Shown here in pieces: positions 26,880 through 38,403 of a stretch of 64,000 nucleotides of DNA. The notes beneath the pieces were generated by a model that searched no databases, was not told the DNA's origin, and saw nothing but the letters and a program-made list of their open reading frames with translations. Source of the DNA: Chrysomallon squamiferum (lineage: Eukaryota > Animalia > Mollusca); the NCBI GenBank assembly GCA_012295275.1, contig CM022665.1:45198001-45262000 (forward strand). Direction: 5' to 3'. Each line of letters starts with the position of its first letter. Position 1 is the stretch's first letter. Both the position numbers and the translations under genes were made by a program.

Positions 26880-27040
26880 GCCAATGAAATTTTAAACCTC
26901 AATAGCAATAAATGGAACCAGTCTATGAAACAGAATAAAGCGTAATACATTACAAAAGGCTAGTGTCTTGATAAACTAAATTTGATTGGTCCGTTTGTGA
27001 CTGGCGCAGAATTTCGTTTGAATTAAGGGAAATATGGAAG
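26880..27040 (+). promoter_or_regulatory. Putative INCENP promoter and first (5' UTR) exon with CCAAT boxes, E2F/CDE-like element and CHR
   Basis: CCAAT at 26881, ATTGG at 26985-26989, TGGCGC at 27002, TTTGAA at 27017-27022, then a donor-like AAG|GTACAT at 27040/41. An acceptor TGCAG at 27916 lies just before the ATG at 27929. Confidence 0.55.
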
Positions 27041-27928
27041 GTACATTTTGCTAATAATTAATAAAATGTCAGATTTGGTTTGTTTATTCATAAACATGTA
27101 TAATCAGTTTAGTTTTATAATTCACCGACATGCAGAGATCCTATTTACAATACTCAGGTGTTCTAAATATCAAGAATAATTTCGGATGTTTCGGGGAAAA
27201 GATTGCACAAGCACTGTCTTTTTGCTAATCAAATGATCGGTCACAGTCGTGACAATGGGAAATAAATTTTGTTATATTAACAGTAGATTTATAAATTTTC
27301 TGCATCATCAGCTCATAGCATTTTAATACAATGCACTAAGATATGAATTTAATTACGTACAGATATACATTTAAGATAACTACTGTAAAATTGCATTAAT
27401 CATTTAATGAACGTTTGGATGAATTACATTTTTTATTTTTTTAAATTAAAAGCAAGATCATGAAGATGAAGGTAATCGTATAAGTCGCAATAAGATATCT
27501 CATAATTACTAACTCCAGTAATTTCGTTGTTTCAGGTGCTGAGTTAGGATACAAGAATAATAATGTTTCACTCGTAATGCATAATCATGATACTGATAAT
27601 CATAATTATCAAATTATAATATGAATTTAATGAAATACAAATAGTATTAATATTGTTATAGAATTTATACGGTTTTTGAATATATATTACAATTTTGTTT
27701 TTTAAATAGAGCAGTAAATGTGTCTAAGAGAATCAACAATGATAATTTATAATAAGAAAACATTTAAAAAATATATTATGTGTCAGTGTTTTCTATAACA
27801 ATTGATGGCTATGCAATTGCTGTTTCAGATTTTAAAAATAATAATTTAAGATACCTTTGAATTTTACATGCTTTATATATAACCTTTTCATTATATTTCA
27901 TTAAGTTTGACTGCAGTTAAGTTGAAAA

Positions 27929-30900
27929 ATGAGTCCCAAGCTTACCCACCATGCTGCAATTCCTTATGTGGAAATGATAGAAGAGGATTTGCAGCATTCA
28001 CTGTCAACCATTGAAGAATGTTTTGAATGGCTAAATGAAATCTTGGAGGCATGCAAAAACTCTTTTGCAAAGTAAGTCAATTTTATTCAGATGTACATTA
28101 CATTTCTGTATTTATAATGATGTGTAGATGTACATATTATGATCTGAAAACAGTTATCAATACAAAATATGAAAACACAAATGTAATTGTTGAACTTCTT
28201 AATGACTAAATAAAAACTGTTGGAATTTGTACACTATGCAGTTTTTGTAGACAGTGTTTCATAATATAATTATCTGTACTAAATATAAAATGAAAAACAT
28301 AATTATTATACTTAAGGCTAAATAAAAAAAAAAATTCTGTTCACTATGCTGTTTACATAGATGAAAATCCATAAAACTATTATCAGTACTAAATAAAAAA
28401 TGATACTTTTAATTATTGTACATAACATAAAATCTTAATTCTGCATGTTAGGATTTGTACACTATTATCTATGCAATTTATAAAGATTCATATTTCACAG
28501 CACTTACAGAAGTTGTTACATTTCTTACTTGTACTAATTATAATTTGTTTTGCAGACCTGATATTCAGTTGCTTCCTGAGACACCTCACACCAAAAAAGG
28601 TCGAAGGAAGAGAGTTCTCACTCATCACAATTACAAAAAATCCGACTCACAGATAAGGTAGTAGCTTCACTGCATTACTAACAGAATATTCCACAATAAC
28701 TAAGGGAAAAAAAATCATTTTTATACATTCCTAGAAATTTTTCTTTATTCTAAATGGTCCGTTATCAGATTAAGTGTCAGATAATTCAATGGCTTTAACC
28801 AGTAATGGATTCATTGACAGAATATAACCCAAACATAAAATTAAAAAAGCATCAATAGAATAATTTAATTTCTACTAGAACAACTGGAACAAAAGTTTTT
28901 AAATAATGCTTAATAAGCTTTAAATGCTTGTAACGGCAAAAATTTAAATTCCTATTTTGGAGAATAAATTTTGGATAAGGAATCCTCAGCCTCTAGAGAA
29001 AAGAAGTAATATTAAAATCGAAACGTTTCCAATTTTACCTGAATGAACAACAAGAGTTAAAAACAAGACTGAAATATATTTAAATATACTGACTAATCTA
29101 ACTTGTTTCTGAAAATTAAAAAAAAAAAAAAATCTTTGTTTATTTACAGTAGCGTAGACAGCGACAAAGAGAGCACACCCAGTAAAGTACCAAGACAAAC
29201 AAGAACAAGACGAATAAAACAAACAAGCCCGCCAAACGAGCCCAGAGTGACGAGGAACACGAGATCCAAGCTGAACTTTTCCCTCTCCTCCTCCTCTCAG
29301 TCCTCTCAATCCTCCAGTAGTCCTAACGCCAGAGTGAAATCTTCCGTTTCAAAGCCAGTCTACCATGTCGTGTTCAGCCCGCAGCCTGTCTCGCCAAACA
29401 GCATCGTCAAGCAGAGGGCGTCGGCCTACGAAGCCATGCTGCAGAAAAAGAAGAGCCCAAGCCCGGTGAAGCAAGTCAGGAAACATGCGACTAGCGAAAC
29501 GCCAGAGTTTCGATCACTGCCTGACACCCCTGTGAATAAGGAAACACCGAAGATGCCAGCCTTGCAAGACACCCCAATGAATAAGGACACACAGGAGATG
29601 TCAACCTTGCAAGACACCCCTATGAATAAGGACATTCAGGAGGTGTCAACCTTGCAAGACACACCTGTGAATAAAGAAACACAGGAGGTGTCAACCTTTC
29701 AAGACACACCTGTGAATAAAGAAACACAGGAGATGTCATCTTTGCCAGACACCCCTGTGAATAAGGAAACACCAGAAATCGATAGTTTCACAGACACTCC
29801 CGAAACGCTGAAGCCACTGAAAGTTGTCAGTAAAATGAATTTCCCTAGTGCCAAGTGTGACGAGACAACTCCGGTTGCTAAGGGAGAAGAAAAACTGGAT
29901 CCCAGATCTTTTGATGAAAAGGAAACGACTCCTAGCAGACGTGTCAGCAGCACCAGGTCTCTGAGAAGTACCGAAAATCACAGACGTTCGTCGAGGAAGT
30001 CGCTGAAAGCCACGACAAAGCAACTGCGGAAGTTGTCTGGACGACAGCGTAGAAGTAGGCGCAGCAACCTTTTGGAGTCGTTCACTGAGCCGGTAAGATT
30101 TATAGTGTGTGTGTGTCTAAGTTAAACAGTCTGTGCTTGGATTTCATCTGTGAGTTATTGTTAAACTTGTGAATGTGTAACTTAGACTGGTTTCAGGTTT
30201 TTGTTGTATTTATTGAAAGATTTGTGATGACAATTAATCATAACTGCAGTTTAATGATTTTTGTTTCAATGATTTTTATTCTTTGCTTTTTATTTTATAA
30301 TACTTATTTCTTACTTTTTTAATGATTTTTGTTCCAATGGTTTTTATTTTTTGCTTTTTATTTTATAATACTTATTTCTTACTCTTTTTTTAAATTTAAA
30401 ATTTTCAGATTCATGTAGAACCAATGCAGTGTGATGAGAGCACTAAAAGACCAAGGACAAGATTACGACTGAAGAAGATTATTAATAATGTGTGTATTTC
30501 TATAACTTCTTTCTTCCTCTTTTTTTTTTTTTCTCTCTCTCTCTCTCAGTTCAACACATTAGTAGATATCACATAAGAAGTTACATTTATTTAACAAACG
30601 AAATTTAAATTAGTTACAAAGAAAATAAAATTATTTAAAAAAACAACCAAAAAAAAAACATTCAATAATTTTCAGATTAACAGTTTGGTTACACTTTCTT
30701 TAATTTTGCAAATAAAACAGTCATTTTGTACAATACATTTTTTTTCAGAATGCAGCAGTAAGCGGTTCACCCAGAGAAGAGAACATCACAGCCAGCTCGG
30801 AATCAACCAGTGGTCAGGACCACGACCACGACGATAAAGAGAACAAAGAAACCAAAGCCGAGGTTCAGCTGCAGCCTCCCGTCAAACACAGCACGATGTA

Positions 30901-32125
30901 CAAACAAGCAGTAGCGCACGCTGTCGAGTCCGACGGTGACGAGGAGGTGTTCAGAATGCCCAGGTCAAAACTGAGGGTCAAGAAGGTGAAGAAAACTAAA
31001 CTAGCGGGATCGGGAAGCGATTTTCCGAGAACGTCTTGCAGCGACACCGACTCCAGCAGTGAAAGATCAGTGAGGCAAAGCACGCGAACAAAAACGAGGA
31101 AACGCAAAACAGTTCAGAATAAGAGCTCAGTGTCCGAGAGTTCGGAATGTGAAAAACCCGTGGTACAGAAATGTGATTCTAATAGTGTTGAGGGACGGAC
31201 GTTGGACAAGGACAACGGTGCGCAGAGAGAAAGTGTCGATTCCGGCATTGTAAGTATCTGTTGTGTCTAGTTTTGTGTGTGAAGTAATATGGTTTATATA
31301 TACGATTAGTTAAGTGTAAGTGAATGTACATGAGCATAAATAGCTGAAGCAGTAGTGATAATAATAGTTAATTGTAGCTTTAGTTTTAAACACATATATT
31401 TACTTTTTCACACACATACACACATGTATACAAACTCAGATGATTGAAGGTACCTAAGTGTGTATTATTTTATATTTTTATATTTTTTTTTCATTTTTTT
31501 TTATTTAACTAACAGGGCAGTAAAGGAATTGGAGCAGTAAATGCTGACAATAAAATTGAGAAAGAGAACACGAGAAGAAAATCTTCAAGAAGTTCTGGAA
31601 AGATGACTGACAGTGAGAACAACAACAAGACTGAACCGGAACCAGAACCAGAGAAAACAACTAGGTTTGTTTCTGTACTTACACCGAATACTTTTCTGGG
31701 TTTTTTACCTTCCTTTTGGGAGGGAAGGAATTCTTTGAGCAATTAGTTAATCTTTTATGGAAAGCAGATGAATTTATTGGTGAATGATGTCTTCCTTGAT
31801 ATCATAGATATTATTAATTTCCATTCCAGTTATATAAAGGATTGATCTGTGGTTGCAGGTTATATTTGTGTTGTGGTTATTGTTTGTGTGTGTTTATAAG
31901 AAAATTCATTGTTTCAAAAAATTGATAATCCATCCTTACTGTAAATTAATTTCTGATTTGATTACTTAAAGAACAAAAACAAGGAAGAGACAAGCTGAAG
32001 ATGAAGTTAAAAGTGCTCCTCCCAAACGATCTTGTACAGGATCAATGACCAGCTTTTCAAAAGAAGTGAGTTTCTTTCAGTTTTTAGTTTATTTTCACCT
32101 TGTGGTTTTTCTTTTTCAGTTATTG

Positions 32126-32158
<33 letters not shown>

Positions 32159-32763
32159 TGGAAAAATTTCTTTTTATTTACCAGTAAATGAAATTGTAAT
32201 AATTAACATAACTTTTTACATTTAAAATTATCACCTTGTATTTCATATTCCAGGAACAGATTGATAACAGAAGAAATTCAGAACATAATACATCTCAATC
32301 AGCCAGGTGAACTTCTGTTTCTAAACTTTTTATTTTAAATTTGTTGTTTATGTAATTTAATATTCAGTTATCAGGAACTTCTTTCAGTTATATACTTTAT
32401 GGAAAAGTTTAGTTTTTTTTAATTTAAGTTTAAGTGTGCAATAGTTACAGCTCATGAATTATTTATTTTATTTTATTCCTCAAGTTTTATTGTTATTATT
32501 ATTCTTTATTTAAAAACAGTGACAGTGGTAACAGTGATGGAGATTCCAGTGATAAAACTCCTTCACCGAAGTGTCCCAGAGACAAGGTATGTGTCCGTTA
32601 GTTGTCTTCTGCTTCAAAGTACGATGTAGTTCAGTTATTAAAACATCTCAGTTTGTTATCAAATTAATCTTCTGTTTGGTTCAGCCTGAACATTACATCC
32701 TAATGATTGAAACATGTATGTAAGACATCCTTTGTAGTAACAATTTCTTTTATTAAAAAGATA

Positions 32764-32809
<46 letters not shown>

Positions 32810-35800
32810 CATTTACGTTTTTAAAATTTTATTTTATTTTTGTTATTATATTTCACCTTTTTTTTCACATTTTTAATTTATTTGTTTTAATTAAATTTTA
32901 TTTTTGCAATTTTTTGGTCACATTTTTATTAATATTTTTTTAATTTTATTTTATTTTTTTAGATTGTGCTTCCACATACATTTTCATTCATGAGTCATTC
33001 CAAGTACAACACCCCAAAACCTTCAAACCTGCTCTCAGGGATGGTGACATCTTTCATCAAGAGATCAGTAAACACACCCACACACATCTCACAACAGGTA
33101 AAAAGAGTTTTATTGTTGTTGTGTTTCATGTGTACATCAAATAAAATTATAATAAGAGCACATCTGATGTGTAGTATTAAATCCCAATAAGCTGGAGTAA
33201 GATTATATAAAACATAGCTACTTAATCCATGGTAGTAGTTACTAACTTCATTGAATAAATGTTACAAGTGTATTGTATACTTACCATTGTTATTTTATTA
33301 TTTTATTTTATTTTTATTTAATTTTATTTAATTTAATTTTTTTATTATTTTATTTTTTTTTTAATTATTTTTTTTTTTTTTTTTTTTATTATTATTTTTT
33401 TTAATTATTTTTATTTATTTTATTTTATTTTTTTATTTTTTTTTTTTTTTTTTTTTGTTGTAAATATTGGATCATACCATTATACAAAAAGTGATAGTGC
33501 TGAACCAGTTGAAACTTTTTTTAATGAAATTTCAGATAAAATAACATGCTTCATTATCTTTTCATAATAGTTTGGTTCTTGATTAGCTGATTAGCATGCT
33601 TGAGTGATTTCAGTAAAAAAAAAATTCTCCATTGTTCATTAGTGATCACTATACCGTAACATGAACAGATGTTTTTATTTTGTAAAGATGACATATGATG
33701 ATATACAGACTAAACGTTTAATAAACGATTACAGATATTTCATTTATAGACTGATTCAGATGCATTTTGTTATATTTACAATATTTTATTCCATCAAGTT
33801 TACATAGTTTTTATTTTTTTTGGTCTTATCCCTGGTTTCATTTTCAAGAGGTGATCTTCTAATTGTTTGTTTTGCTTCTGATATGATTGTTTAGTTATGT
33901 TTTTTGTTTCTAAATTATATTTGATGTATGAAAATAGAAGTATGTTCCTAAATATCCTTCAATTATTCTTTCTCTCTCTCTCTCTAGGATCTGATGGAAA
34001 TGAGAAGGAAAGAATTCAAAGAGAAACAGAAGAAAGAACAAGATAGGATCAGAAAGCGAGAAGAACAGCTGAGAAAGAAAATGGAAGAGCGAAAAAGGCA
34101 AGTTTCTTAAATTTGTTATTTGTATTTGACAGTAATTTTATTCTGTTTGTGTGTGTGTGTGTGTGTGTAAGACAAAAAAGTTCATGCTTGTAAAATGAAG
34201 TTATTTAGGGTTTGTTTTGTACATGTAATTAAAACAGTTATTTGTCTTGAAGATACAGCCATATTTGTTTTCGATTGTCATTAAAGATTCATTTATTCCT
34301 ACGTAGGTTAAGTTATTTGAATAGCCAAGTGTCTAGTTTGTACACTCAATATGTTTTTTGCCAGATTTTAATCCTTTTAATTTCTGAAAATAAAGTTTCA
34401 AAATATGTTCATTTTATTATATTTTATTATTATTATTATATATTTTATTTATTTTTTTCACAGAAAGAGGGAAGAACGAATGAGAAAAGTGGCTGAACAT
34501 CGTGAAATGAAAGAAAGGATTGAGAGAGAAATGAAGGAACAAACGGCGAAAAAAACTGTTGAGCGATTGCAGACAACTGACAAACTGAAAGAAGAAAAGT
34601 TGAAGGAAGAAAAAGAACTAAAAGCTAGAATACGGTATTAGCAATATATCAGTTTAAAACAAAAATTTAAAAAATAAACTACCTTTGTTTCTCCTTGTTA
34701 TAAAATTATACATTTTTTGAAAGTGTATCTCAAACGTCAATATTATATGAGGATGGTGAAAATAAATATTTTATTATCTTAAACTATTTTCCAAAAATAT
34801 TATATTATCCTAAGCATATTTACAGTGCTGTCTGTAAAAATATCTTATTTATTTCTAGTATTTCCAGCGCTCTGAAGTTTTACAAGATTTACTTATTTCT
34901 GGTAGTACTGGCTGTTTATTGACCTATATAGAGTGTGGGTGTCTGTAACAGGAGATGGGTTTCTGTTGGTTGTTGTTGTTGAGCTACATGTGTCTATTTT
35001 AATGGTTAAAGGGATTAGGTAGTTGTGACTTGACTTTTCGTGTACATTTTTGTTTCATTGTTTTCAGGCTGAAGAAGCAGCAGGAAGCAGAGATACGACG
35101 CAAACAAGATGCTGAAGAGAAGATGAGAAAACGTCAAGAAATGGTTAGTATTTGAAAAAAAAATGTTTTTTTTTATTAATAATAATAATAACAATAGCAA
35201 TAAATTTAGAAATCATAGTAGCAAAGATAATTTGTGTTAAAAAAAGAGAAGTAAATATACACCTCATGCTGAATTGCCAATCATGACTTGAACAAGTAAA
35301 AATATATTTTTTATTTAAATCAATATATTTTTATTCTTTCTTCTTTTGGCACACTGCAAACAAGTTATAAAGATTAATGCTTTACAGCATCTTGTATGTT
35401 ATTTTCTTTTCCAAACAGTACTCAGTGGTTATTTTTAATCAAAGGATTTTGTGTTGCAGAAAATGAATGTGAAAGATCTGTTATTGTTGACCATGTGACA
35501 ACAAAGTTCTGCTTGTACTGCTGTTGTCAGTTATAAGCATGTTGTTTTGTAGTTTTATTAATTTAACATTCTTGCTTTGTTAATTATTAGTTTTATCTGT
35601 TTTAATTATTTTTTTATTTCTGAACAAAATTATGTATGTATGTATATGTGTGTTTGTGTGTTCATTTTCAGTCTTATTTTTGTTATATTAAAATTTATTT
35701 CTTTGAATATTATTGTATTTGTGTATATGAAATTTACTTATTTTTTGCAACCCTACATTTGTTCACAGGAAGAAGAACTGAGAAGACACCATGATATGAT

Positions 35801-38403
35801 GCAGAGAAAAAAAGAATTTGAAGAACAGGAACGACAGAAGAAAATAGCAGAGGAGCGTAAAAAATATGACCGTGTCGCTGAGATAGAAAGAGAACGAATG
35901 ATGGAACAGGAAAAACAGAGGAAAATGCAAGAGGATGAAATGAGAGAAAGACAAAAGCAGAAAGAAGAAAAGTAAGTTTCTAATTTTAGATATTTTAGAA
36001 TCCAAATAAATTCGTTGAGGTGAAAACTATTTTCTCTTTCTTTTTTTTTTTTCTTCTTCTTTGAAACTGGAAAATAACTTTTAATAGTTTATGATTTAAA
36101 AAATTACATTTCAAATAAAAAAAAAATACAAATAAAAGGTTCTGATATGAAAAGTAACCAGCTCTGAGCATTAGTATTCTGTTTTATTTCAAATAATAAA
36201 AAAAAATTATATATTATTATTATTATTATTATTATCAAAGTGCAGTTAATATCTGTGAGAGCAAGCTTCCAAAAGTCATCCAGAACTAATGCCCAGTTGA
36301 TTGAGGGTTTTTAAAAGATAATTACTGATACATTCGTTTATTTTTATTTTTTTCCAGGGAGAAAGCGTATGCTCGTGAAAGAGCTGAGAAAGAAAAACAG
36401 GAGCTTGAGAGACGTCGTGAACGGGAAATTGCTTTGAAGAAGGAGATGGAAATACTGAAGGAAATGGTTTGTGGTTGTTTTTTTTTCATTTTTTTTTTAA
36501 ATTCTGTATTTTCTGTGCTGTTCTGTCTTTGTCATATATGGAAATACGATCACATTGGTGTTGGTTTTTTTTTTCATTTTTGTTGGGTTTGGCCCTAATT
36601 TGTCTTTTCTTAACTGAGCAAGAAAGATTTTCCTTGATAGCTTAATGACAGAATCAATGGTAAGATTAAGTTAATTAATGTTAGTTTGAATATGCTTTAT
36701 ATATTTTCAGCTCACATTCAGATCTAGACTAACTATCCGTTAGTATTTTAAAACTCTGAAAGTATTCAGTTCTAAACATTCATTTTGTCTTACCTTCTGA
36801 AATGAAATTTTTGCAATTTTTGGTATTTTTTTTTTGTTTTTTCGTTTTTGCTGGGTATTGACAGAACTTTTCTTTTCTTAACCAAGAAAGAAAGATTATG
36901 CTCAAATAGTTTAAAGATGTAATGATGGTAAAATTAAGTTAAATATTTTTTAAAAAAGGAAAAGAAAAGAATGCAGCGACTGCACCAGGAGGAGCTGAAG
37001 GCTGAAGAACTGAGAAAACAAGACCAGAAGTTGAAGATGATGATAGAGAAGCACAACAACGAGGTGATCACCAAAGGTGCGATGCCCTCAGCTCTCATCA
37101 ACATCAAGCTCAACTCAACTGTGACGCTGGACTCTACAACCGCATCAAACATTCAGAAAGAATTGTTAGTATTGTTCAGTTTGTGTGTGTTGCAAAAACT
37201 TTGATTGTCATAAGTTGTTTGTAGTTACATTGCAGGCTCTTTTTTAGTGGTAGAATTCTTGGTTGTATGATCTGTACTGACTGTAAGTGCCGTCGTTGAT
37301 CATATCCCAGTTCAGTCTTTTTCATTGATTTTATTCCAGGTCTAAGACCATGATAAAAAAAATTTCAGTTCTGTAAGATAAAAAAATGTCTTTAAGATCA
37401 AGCAACAAAGAATATTAAAATGTGTTTCAGTGTTATTCAGTTTACTTCAGTAATAGTTTGTGGGTAGATCGTGGAACAGTTGTATTAGTCAGCACTGGAT
37501 AAAAGACATTGGTGACACTGGAAGTGGAAGAGAATGTATTGTTTCATTTGATGATAGTTACAGATGAAGCTTAATTACTAGATTAATTACTTGAGTGGTT
37601 GCTAGCACGTTTGTTTAACTAATCAAATATATGTTTGTAGATCGATATTGACAAATGAGAAGACTAAAGGCTCGTGTGGAGAGAACTACAACATCGACGA
37701 CCTTCGTTCTGACGATTCCTCCGATGATGATGAAGCTCCAAAAAAGAAAATTCCAAGCTGGGCGCAAGGTGCGAATACATTTTTTTAAATTTTAAATAAA
37801 ATAAAATTAAATATGTAGTAATTGTCCTTTAGATTGTCATAGCAGTATAATTTTTGGTATATGGAAAATATACGACTGAATGTGTGTCTACGAATGTTGC
37901 TGAATAATTTTTTATTTCTGCAAACTGTTGAATATTTATATTCTTCGAATTTCTCATCAGGTTAATTTTGCGTTGATAATGGATAATGCATGCTGAGAGT
38001 TAACTGTAGAAAGTTACCAATATTAAAGAAATGAATTCCTCATTTACGTATTGAAAACAGAATGCAATTCTTATTCATATTTTATTTATTATATATACTT
38101 GTGGTAATCTGAGACGAAAAAAAGACTACTAACTACTATACATAATATTTTTCACCAGCAAGCCTCTTTGATAAATAACAAATATTTTGTAATTAAATAT
38201 TTTTATTATAAAATTATATTTTTTTTCTCCTAGGTCAAATGTTGAAGGCTGCCTTGATTCAGCAACACTATTCTCCTCCTGATTTGGACTTGCTCTTTCA
38301 GAAGATTGAACCTCCAGATCTCAATGACATTTTTGTTAAACAGAAGCCTAGATTCAACAAGAGAGGCAGTTCAGCCATTTGGGACTCACCACTTTTAAAG
38401 TAA
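27929..38403 (+). CDS. INCENP: Inner centromere protein (chromosomal passenger complex scaffold), about 1146 aa
   Basis: Exons: 27929-28071, 28556-28657, 29150-30092, 30409-30489, 30749-31249, 31516-31664, 31972-32065, 32254-32306, 32520-32586, 32963-33097, 33988-34097 (GC donor), 34464-34634, 35068-35143, 35769-35971, 36358-36466, 36959-37164, 37641-37768, 38234-38403 (3441 nt, phases consistent). Features: N-terminal WLNEILEACKNSF..QLLPETPHTKKGRRKR, an SFIKR..TP motif, an E/R/K-rich single alpha helix, and an IN-box NYNIDDLRSDDSSDDDEAPKKKIPSWAQG...RFNKRGSSAIWDSP. Confidence 0.92.
29496..29801 (+). repeat. Coding 45-bp (15-aa) tandem repeat in INCENP exon 3, about 6.8 copies
   Basis: ETPEFRSLPDTPVNK / ETPKMPALQDTPMNK / DTQEMSTLQDTPMNK / DIQEVSTLQDTPVNK / ETQEVSTFQDTPVNK / ETQEMSSLPDTPVNK / ETPEIDSFTDTP. 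Confidence 0.93.
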
